64,000 nucleotides of DNA from assembly GCA_965221775.1 (NCBI GenBank), contig CBDCSU010000004.1, positions 288,001 through 352,000 on the forward strand, written 5' to 3'. Every line of letters starts with the position of its first letter. The first letter of the stretch is position 1. The position numbers were made by a program, and so were the translations under genes. The notes under the pieces are model-generated. The model worked only from the letters and a program-made list of their open reading frames with translations, made no database searches and had not been told where the DNA came from. This document shows positions 57,155 to 64,000 of the stretch, one piece after another. This DNA comes from Candidatus Latescibacterota bacterium (GTDB lineage: Bacteria; Latescibacterota; UBA2968; UBA8231).

Positions 57155-57619
57155 TCACCTCGCCCCGGCAGCGATCACCTCCAGCTCCACCGGGGCCCCC
57201 AGAGGCAGCGACCCGACGCCGACGGCGACCCGGGCGTGGACCCCGGCCTCACCCAGTACGCCGGCCATCAACTCCGAGGCACCGTCGACGACCTGCGCCT
57301 GTCCCTCGAAGCCGTCGGCGCTGGCCACGTACCCGGTCATGCGCACGATTCGAGTCCGGTCGAGATCGTAGCCCTCGGCTGCGAGCACCCCCAGGGCGTT
57401 CAGGGCGCACTGCCGGGCCGCCTCGCGGCCGGCCTCCACCGGCAGGCCGCCGGCGCCGACCACGCCCTGGCGGGTCATGCGCCCGTCGGCCAGGGGCAGC
57501 TGGCCGGAGACGAAGACCAGGCCCGCGGCTTCCACGGCCCGCCTGTAGGCTCCCGCGGGCGCGGGGGGAGAGGGCAGGGTGAGGTCCATCTCTTCCAGTC
57601 GACGGCGGGCGCGGGACAT
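57155..57619 (-). CDS. RidA/YjgF family protein
   Basis: AGGAGG RBS; PAGAY, FVSGQLP, DGAS, HARVAVGVGSLPLGAPVELE. Confidence 0.9.
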   Translation of the reverse strand: MSRARRRLEEMDLTLPSPPAPAGAYRRAVEAAGLVFVSGQLPLADGRMTRQGVVGAGGLPVEAGREAARQCALNALGVLAAEGYDLDRTRIVRMTGYVASADGFEGQAQVVDGASELMAGVLGEAGVHARVAVGVGSLPLGAPVELEVIAAGAR

Positions 57620-57757
57620 CCTCGGCCTCCTGTGCGGGGTGGGGTGATGCAAGGCAATATAGCAACCCTCGCCAGTCGGGCGCCGGTACGCTCGACGCGT
57701 TGACCTGCGGACCGGGCCTGGCTTAGGTATGCCGCCCTGGAAGGAGTGACAGGACTC

Positions 57758-58522
57758 ATGTGCGCATCCGTCATCGGAGCTCAGCTCTACACCGTTCGGG
57801 ATTTCCTCAAGACCCCGGCCGAGATCCGCGACAGCTTCCGGCGAGTCGCCGAGATCGGTTACAAGGCCGTGCAGTGCTCGGGTCTCGGACCGATCGATGC
57901 GGCGGAGCTGAGAGCCGTCGCCGACGAAGCGGGCCTGAAGATCGCGGCTACCCACACCGACTTCGACCGCATCCGCCGCGAGCCCGGGGCGGTAATCGAG
58001 GAGCATCGGATCTGGGGTTGCCGCCACGTGGCTATCGGCGGCATGCCGGGGGAGTATCGAAGCGCGGAAGGGTTTGCCCGCTTTGCCGGCGAGGCCTCGG
58101 TGGCGGTGCGGCCGCTGATCGACGCCGGACTCACCTTCAGCTACCACAACCACAGCTTCGAGCTCGAGCGTTTCGGGGACCGCACGGGCCTGCAGATCCT
58201 CGCCGAGGAGAGCGACCCGGAGACGTTCTCCTTCGAGGTCGACACCTACTGGATCCAGCACGGCGGCGGGAATCCGGTCACCTGGCTCGAGCGGCTGAAG
58301 GACCGCATGCACATCGTGCACCTGAAGGACCTGGCCATGAAGGGCACGGAGCAACGCTTCGCCGAGGTGGGGGAGGGCAATCTGGAGTGGCCCGCCATCC
58401 TCGCCGCCTGCCGGTCCGCCGACATCGAGTGGTACCTGATCGAGCAGGACCGCTGCGATGGAGACCCCTTCGACAGCCTCAAGACCAGCCTCGACAACCT
58501 GCGGGCCATGGGACTGAACTAG
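57758..58522 (+). CDS. Sugar phosphate isomerase/epimerase (IolE-like TIM barrel)
   Basis: QLYTVRD, YHNHSFE, EVDTYW, HLKD, EVGEG, IEQD. Confidence 0.9.
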   Translation: MCASVIGAQLYTVRDFLKTPAEIRDSFRRVAEIGYKAVQCSGLGPIDAAELRAVADEAGLKIAATHTDFDRIRREPGAVIEEHRIWGCRHVAIGGMPGEYRSAEGFARFAGEASVAVRPLIDAGLTFSYHNHSFELERFGDRTGLQILAEESDPETFSFEVDTYWIQHGGGNPVTWLERLKDRMHIVHLKDLAMKGTEQRFAEVGEGNLEWPAILAACRSADIEWYLIEQDRCDGDPFDSLKTSLDNLRAMGLN

Positions 58523-58525
58523 CCG

Positions 58526-59767
58526 ATGAGCACGCTCGAGAAGCCATGGAGAGCGGATCCGGCCAGAGGGGCCGCGTCCACCGTGTTGCAGGTCCCCTGG
58601 GCGGCCTGGTACCGCAAGGAGCCTCTGAGTCTCCGCTTTCCGGAGGGCTGGGAGGTTACGGTTCGGCGGATGCGCGGGGGACCGGACATCGGCGATGCCG
58701 GTATCCGCCAGGCCCTGGCCGAGCCGGTCGGGGCGCTGCCTTTGCGGGAGCACGCCAGGGGCCGGTCCAGCGCCGCGGTTCTGGTGGACGATCTGTCCCG
58801 GCCGACCCCCGCCTTCCGGGTGGTCCCTTACATCCTCGAGGAGCTGCACGCCGCCGGCATCGACGACGACGGCATCACCATCATCTGCGCCCTGGCCGCT
58901 CACCGGCCCATGACCCGGGACGACTTCCTCAAGAAGCTCGGCGCCGACATCGTCGAGCGCTATCGCGTGGTCAACCACAACGCCTACGAGAACCTCGAGT
59001 TCCTCGGGAACACCAGCCTCGGGGTGCCGGTCTTCGTCAACCGCGACCTGATGGCCTGCCAGGTGCGCATCGCGGCGGGCATGATCACGCCTCGCGGCGG
59101 GATGTTCGGCGGCGGCGCCAAGCTGCTGATCCCCGGGGCCTGCGGGCAGCAGACGATTCTGCTCAACCACCGCTACGTCCACGGGGAGGCCTTCCGGCCC
59201 CATCTCGACGAGGTAGCGGGGATGGCCGGCCTCGACTACATCGTCAACCCGCTGCTGAACGAGCGCCTCGAGATCATGGGCCTGGTGGCCGGCGACGTGA
59301 CCGCCGCCTTCGAGCAGGGCTGCCGGTTGGGGGCCGAGCTCTACGGTACTTCCATGCCGGCGGCCGGCACCGTGGACGTCGGCGTCTTCAGCGCCTTCCC
59401 GAAGGACACCGAGCTGTGCCAGGCGGGGCTGGCCCTCGTGCCTCTCGGCAGCTGCCCGCACGACCCGATCGCCGCGGGCGGCACCGTCGTCATCGCCAGT
59501 GCCTGCCCCGAGGGGCTCGGCTGGCACTCCGTCCTCGGCCCGGGGACCGCCCTGCGCGCCCCTCCACAGCCTCCGGCCCACCGCACTCTGGTGTTCTCTC
59601 CGGGAGTGAACCGGTACGACTGCCAGGCCCTGTACGGCGAGCACGTCGGTCTGTTCCGGGAATGGGAGGAGCTCATCGGCCAGTTGGAGGCCATCCACGG
59701 CGGCGGCCCCCGAGTGTCGGTATTCCCCGCCGGGGCCCTGCAGATGGCCGCCACCCGAGACCCATGA
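58526..59767 (+). CDS. LarA (lactate racemase) superfamily protein
   Basis: ALAEPVG, DDLSRPTP, AHRPMT, KKLG, NHN, LGNTSLGVPV.VN, FGGGAKLLIPG, GGTVVIASACPEG. Confidence 0.85.
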   Translation: MSTLEKPWRADPARGAASTVLQVPWAAWYRKEPLSLRFPEGWEVTVRRMRGGPDIGDAGIRQALAEPVGALPLREHARGRSSAAVLVDDLSRPTPAFRVVPYILEELHAAGIDDDGITIICALAAHRPMTRDDFLKKLGADIVERYRVVNHNAYENLEFLGNTSLGVPVFVNRDLMACQVRIAAGMITPRGGMFGGGAKLLIPGACGQQTILLNHRYVHGEAFRPHLDEVAGMAGLDYIVNPLLNERLEIMGLVAGDVTAAFEQGCRLGAELYGTSMPAAGTVDVGVFSAFPKDTELCQAGLALVPLGSCPHDPIAAGGTVVIASACPEGLGWHSVLGPGTALRAPPQPPAHRTLVFSPGVNRYDCQALYGEHVGLFREWEELIGQLEAIHGGGPRVSVFPAGALQMAATRDP

Positions 59768-59783
59768 CAACAAGGCGGGAAGC

Positions 59784-60560
59784 GTGCCCCCACTGAAGTC
59801 CTTCGATCTCGATGGCCGGGTGGTGGCCGTCACCGGCGCCGGCCGCGGCATCGGCCGCACCATCGCTCTCGACGCGGTCCGGTCGGGGGCTCGCGTCGCC
59901 GTCGGCAGCCGGACGGTCAGCGAGCTGGAGAGCCTCAAGGAGAGCATCGAGGCCATGGGGGGGGAGTGCTTCGCCCACTTCCTCGACGTGACCGACGTCG
60001 CCTCCATCGAGGCCTTCTTCGAAGCGGTGGACGCCCATTACGAGGGACTCCATGTCCTCGTGAACAACGCCGGCTACAACCAGCTGGGGAAGATCCTCGA
60101 CTACGACGAGGAACTCTACGATCTGATCGTCGATGTCAACCTGAAGAACGTGTTCTTCTGCAGCCAGGCAGCGGCCAGGCGCATGATCGCCCGGGGGATC
60201 CGCGGCAGCATCGTCAACATCTCCTCCCAGGCGGGGGTGGTGGGAGCGCCGGAGCGGGGACCCTACTCGGGCGCCAAGGGCGGGGTGAACAGCCTGACGC
60301 GGACGGCGGCCGCCGAATGGGCCGAGCACGGGATCCGGGTCAATGCCGTGGCCCCCACGGTGACCCGGTCGCCCCTGGCCCAGAGAGCGATGGAGGAGAG
60401 CCAGGCCTTCGCCGACGCCGTGAAGACCAAGAACCTCCTCCGCGGCGACCTGGCCGAGCCGGAGGAGATCTCGGCCCCGGTGATCTTCCTGGCCTCCGAT
60501 GCCGCCAGCATGGTCACCGGCCACGTCCTGGTGGTCGACGGGGGGTGGACCATCGTCTGA
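59784..60560 (+). CDS. Short-chain dehydrogenase/reductase
   Basis: TGAGRGIG, NNAG, SS, YSGAK, VDGG. Confidence 0.93.
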   Translation: MPPLKSFDLDGRVVAVTGAGRGIGRTIALDAVRSGARVAVGSRTVSELESLKESIEAMGGECFAHFLDVTDVASIEAFFEAVDAHYEGLHVLVNNAGYNQLGKILDYDEELYDLIVDVNLKNVFFCSQAAARRMIARGIRGSIVNISSQAGVVGAPERGPYSGAKGGVNSLTRTAAAEWAEHGIRVNAVAPTVTRSPLAQRAMEESQAFADAVKTKNLLRGDLAEPEEISAPVIFLASDAASMVTGHVLVVDGGWTIV

Positions 60561-60571
60561 CGGCGGGGCCG

Positions 60572-61702
60572 CTACGGACCGCCTGGAGCGGTCTCCCGCA
60601 GTCTCTCCCGCTGCCAGCCCCGGCGCGCCTCCAGAAGCCCGTCCAGCTCGCCGACGGCGGAGGCCGCGGCGGACTGCGGATCCCTTGCCACATGGGCCAG
60701 CAGCTCGACGAGGGCGGCGGCGTCTTCCACGGCGACGGCTTCGGCCCTGAGCTTCTTCCCGCCGCGGTTGTGGTAGTTCTCCAGGGGCAGGGCCACCGCA
60801 CCGGCCCTCAGGCCCGCCCGGCAAAGGGCCGTCGCTTCGCACGTTCCCCCGTCCATCAGCCGGCGCTGATACCGGAAGGTGGGCCGCTGCCTGCCCAGAT
60901 CCTCGGCCGCCCCCGCCAGGGCGGCGGTGACGGCCGCATCGAAGAGCCAGCGGCGGTCTCCGACCCGGATGACGGGGCCGTCGCCGAGGGGGGCACCCGC
61001 CAGGCTGGAGGAGCATTCGATGTTCACATACAGGGGATTCCGGTCGAGGTGCCCGCCGTCGAGGGCGGCGAGCATCCCCCCGAAGCCGGTCTCCTCGGCC
61101 CGGGTCAGCAGAACGCCGAGGCCCGCGGCCGGCTCGGCGCGCAGGAGCTCGAGGACCGACAGGGCCACGGCCACGCCGGCCAGGTCGTCGCAGGCGCGGC
61201 CGGAGAGCCTTCCGCCGGACAACTCGAAGCCGGCGAGATCCCAGGTTGCGAAGATTCCTGCCGCCTCGGCCTCTGCAACCGGATCGTCCAGGCGCACCCG
61301 AAAGGCGGGCCGGCCGTCCGCGTCGCCCGGGGCCCCCTCCTCCAGGTAGGCCAGCACCCTCCCTCGAGCGACGGGCTCGGCGGACCGGTGGTCGTGCACC
61401 ACCACACCCGCCCCCCGGGTCAACTCGGCGGGAACCCCTCCCAGTGAATGGAAGAACCAATCGCCGCCATCGCCGGCGGCCAGGGCCAGCCCGGGATGGT
61501 CGAGGTGAGCGGTGAGGACGATTCCCGGCGCGGCCGCGCCCAGACGCAGGTGGAGGTTTCCGAAGGGGTCGGACATGCAGTGCAGATCGGGCCGCTCCGA
61601 CACGAACCGCTCCATCTCCGCCAGGACGAGGTGCTCGTGGAAGGGTGCCGTGGGAATGGGGAGGAACCGCCGGGCCATGTCCAGGTAGAGATCGGCAAGC
61701 AC
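60572..61702 (-). CDS. M20/M28/M42-type Zn metallohydrolase
   Basis: PTAPFHE, DPFGN, AHLDH, RACDD, AEE, GGTCE, NYHN. Confidence 0.83.
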   Translation of the reverse strand: MLADLYLDMARRFLPIPTAPFHEHLVLAEMERFVSERPDLHCMSDPFGNLHLRLGAAAPGIVLTAHLDHPGLALAAGDGGDWFFHSLGGVPAELTRGAGVVVHDHRSAEPVARGRVLAYLEEGAPGDADGRPAFRVRLDDPVAEAEAAGIFATWDLAGFELSGGRLSGRACDDLAGVAVALSVLELLRAEPAAGLGVLLTRAEETGFGGMLAALDGGHLDRNPLYVNIECSSSLAGAPLGDGPVIRVGDRRWLFDAAVTAALAGAAEDLGRQRPTFRYQRRLMDGGTCEATALCRAGLRAGAVALPLENYHNRGGKKLRAEAVAVEDAAALVELLAHVARDPQSAAASAVGELDGLLEARRGWQRERLRETAPGGP

Positions 61703-61829
61703 AGGTATCGCCTCTTCGGGGGATCTTCGGGATAGGGTATCCGGGGGGCGTCCGGGGTCAAGCGGACTGGTCCGGTGGAGTAGGGGCGCCTACCTTGGTG
61801 CCGTTCTACCGGTCGGGAGGCCCGGCTTT

Positions 61830-63986
61830 GTGAGACGGGACATACCACAGGAGTACAGCGACCATCTGGCCACCCGCCGGGAGCGCGTGCTGGGCGGCGC
61901 CGGCGAGCGCCTCTCCTTCCGTGCCTTCTGGGTCGGCGGCTTCCTCTCCTTCTTTCTCGCCGTAGGCGCCCCCTACGGCAACATGATCATCCGCGGTTCC
62001 TACATGGCCCTCGACTTCAGCACCCCGGGGGCCATCTTCCTCTTCCTGTTCCTCATCGGCCTCCTCAACTGCGCCCTAAAGCTCGCCCGTCAACCTCCGG
62101 TGGCCATCGGTCTCGCCGGCGCGGCGACGGCGGCGTGGCTGGTGGTCTACAGGCCGGTCATCCCCGACCTCGACTTCTATTCCCCGGCCCTGATGATGGC
62201 CACCTTCCTGGTCCTGACCACGTGGGTCAACGTCCCGGTGGTGCTCCGCGGCGGCAGCCTGGCCCTGAACCGCTCGGAGCTGGTCCTGGTCTACGCCATG
62301 CTGCTCATCGTCTCCGCCCTGTGCACCATGGGGCTGGGCGAGCAGATCCTGCCCGTCATCACGGCGATCTTCTACTTCGCCTCGCCGGAGAACCAGTGGG
62401 CGGAGAAGCTCTTTCCCCACTTGCCCGAGCGGGCGATGGTGAACGACGGCACCGACAGCCGCCTGTTCTACGAGGGCCTCTCCGACGCGGAGGACGTGGT
62501 CCCCTACGAGGCCTGGGTGGAGCCCCTCATGTGGTGGGGGATCTTCCTGCTGGCCCTGTACGTGATGATGGTCTCGGTGGCGGTCATCGTGCGGCGCCAG
62601 TGGATGGAGCGCGAGCGCCTGGCCTACCCGATCGCCCAGGTGGGCCTGTCCATGATCCGGTCCGAACACCCCGACCGGGCGGTGAACGGGTTCTTCAAGC
62701 AGCCTCTCATGTGGATCGGGGCGGCCCTGCCCCTGATCGTCGGCAGCCTGATGGCCCTGCACCGCTACTACCCGGAAGTACCGGTGCCGCCGACGAGGTG
62801 GACCCTGGGCTTCATCGGCTACCAGAGCCTGCAGTTGCAGATCAGTTTCGCCATGCTGGGGTTCTCCTACTTCATCAACGCCAACATCGCCGCCGGCATC
62901 TGGTTCTTCCACCTGTTCTCGAAGGTGGAGAAGGAGGCGCTCCTCCTCAGCGGGCTGCAGTCGACCCAGAAGATCAGCTTCGGCGTCTCCGACTATCCCT
63001 TCCTCGGCTACCAGGGGGTGGGGGCGCTGCTGGCCATGGTGGTCGTCGGCCTGTGGGTGGGCCGCGAGCACTATCGAAGGGTGCTGCTCAAGGCCATCGG
63101 CCTGGCCCCCGACGTCAGCGACGACGACGAGATCCTCTCCTACCGGGGGGCGGTGGTGGGGGCCCTGGGTGGGACGGGCGCCATGGCGGCCTGGCTGTGG
63201 TTCATGGGAACCCCCCTGTGGGTGGCCCTGCTCTTCGTCGTTCTGGCGATCCTGATCTTCGTCGGCATCACCCGCATCGTGACCGAGGCCGGCCTGGCGG
63301 CCATCCGCGCGCCGATGATCGCAAGCGAGCTGCTGGTGCAGGGCATGGGCTCCTCCCTGGTCGGCCCCGCAGGGGTGATGAACCTCTCCCTCACCTACAT
63401 CTGGGCCGCCGACATCCGCGTCTTCGTCATGGCCACGGCCTCCAACGCCCTGAAGATGATCGAGGAGATGGAGCCTTCGAACCGGCGCATCGTGTTCTGG
63501 GCGATGATCGCGGCCCTGTTCATCGGTGCCGCCGGATCCCTGTGGATGATCTTCCACATGGCCTACCGGCACGGGGGCATCAACCTGGCGAGCTGGTTCT
63601 TCCAGGGCCTGCCCCGGACCGCATACGACGCGGCCTTGCGCAACATCGAGCCCGAGGGAACCTACTGGCCGGGCCTCGGCTTCTTCGGCGGCGGCGCCGG
63701 GGCGATGGTGGCCATGATGTGGCTGCGCCAGCGCCTGCCCTGGTGGCCCGTCCATCCCATCGGCTTTCCCATCGGCGCCAACAGCCTGATGAACTACGTC
63801 TGGTTCAACGTCTTCCTGGCGTGGCTCATCAAGCGCGCGATCCTGCGTTACGGCGGCGCCAATGCCTACCAAGGCAGTCAGCACTTCTTCCTGGGGCTGA
63901 TCGCCGGCCAGGTTCTGTGCAACGGCCTGTGGCTGGTGATCGACTACTTCACCGGCAAGGTGGGGAACTCCCTTTTCTGGATATGA
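61830..63986 (+). CDS. Large polytopic membrane protein, DUF6785/DUF6784-like (putative transporter)
   Basis: Many TM segments; LNRSELVLVY, RRQWMERERLAYPI, WWPVHPIGF, LRYGG, FFLGLIAG. Confidence 0.75.
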   Translation: MRRDIPQEYSDHLATRRERVLGGAGERLSFRAFWVGGFLSFFLAVGAPYGNMIIRGSYMALDFSTPGAIFLFLFLIGLLNCALKLARQPPVAIGLAGAATAAWLVVYRPVIPDLDFYSPALMMATFLVLTTWVNVPVVLRGGSLALNRSELVLVYAMLLIVSALCTMGLGEQILPVITAIFYFASPENQWAEKLFPHLPERAMVNDGTDSRLFYEGLSDAEDVVPYEAWVEPLMWWGIFLLALYVMMVSVAVIVRRQWMERERLAYPIAQVGLSMIRSEHPDRAVNGFFKQPLMWIGAALPLIVGSLMALHRYYPEVPVPPTRWTLGFIGYQSLQLQISFAMLGFSYFINANIAAGIWFFHLFSKVEKEALLLSGLQSTQKISFGVSDYPFLGYQGVGALLAMVVVGLWVGREHYRRVLLKAIGLAPDVSDDDEILSYRGAVVGALGGTGAMAAWLWFMGTPLWVALLFVVLAILIFVGITRIVTEAGLAAIRAPMIASELLVQGMGSSLVGPAGVMNLSLTYIWAADIRVFVMATASNALKMIEEMEPSNRRIVFWAMIAALFIGAAGSLWMIFHMAYRHGGINLASWFFQGLPRTAYDAALRNIEPEGTYWPGLGFFGGGAGAMVAMMWLRQRLPWWPVHPIGFPIGANSLMNYVWFNVFLAWLIKRAILRYGGANAYQGSQHFFLGLIAGQVLCNGLWLVIDYFTGKVGNSLFWI

Positions 63987-64000
63987 GGGCAGCGAGGGCC

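Noticed and set aside
57155-60007. 950-aa minus-strand ORF
   Set aside because: Only the last 154 codons (RidA family, own AGGAGG RBS) look real; the rest is antisense to three + strand genes.

Overview
High-GC bacterial chromosomal window densely packed with about 58 protein-coding genes and one initiator tRNA. I saw no transposase, integrase, prophage or CRISPR array. The left half (1-35.4 kb) and the right end (57.7-64 kb) are mostly small-molecule and sugar-acid catabolic genes: two enolase-superfamily enzymes, xylulokinase, an atypical GHMP kinase, a KdgK-like kinase, a DHDPS-family enzyme, Gfo/Idh/MocA oxidoreductases, TIM-barrel epimerases, a LarA-family protein, an SSS transporter, cupins and amidohydrolases. 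The centre (35.4-57 kb) is housekeeping: phoH-HD(PgpH-like)-ybeY-corC-like, tRNA-fMet, a sigma-region-4-only protein, lnt, a lipoprotein/LysM pair, aspS, a cysM-JAMM-sulfur carrier trio, rpsT, mocA-xdhC-nitrilase, an HDAC-family deacetylase, a lone E2 and ftsH. The gene inventory (DUF6785-like membrane protein, lnt, many sugar-acid enzymes) suggests a diderm of the Latescibacterota/Gemmatimonadota-like FCB-adjacent type; this is inference only. The strongest leads are a sulfur carrier whose GG terminus is masked (GG-RV) next to a JAMM protease and CysM; a sigma-4-only protein placed behind the tRNA terminator and coupled to lnt; an unexplained xylB-SSS-enolase-GHMP-CoA transferase-DUF5069 operon with altered active-site motifs; a LarA homolog with an apparent catalytic His-to-Arg change; and an Lpp-like lipoprotein/LysM pair. 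All family calls come from motif recognition by eye, with no database searches. Many starts were re-picked by hand because the ORF track extends upstream in GC-rich open frames.
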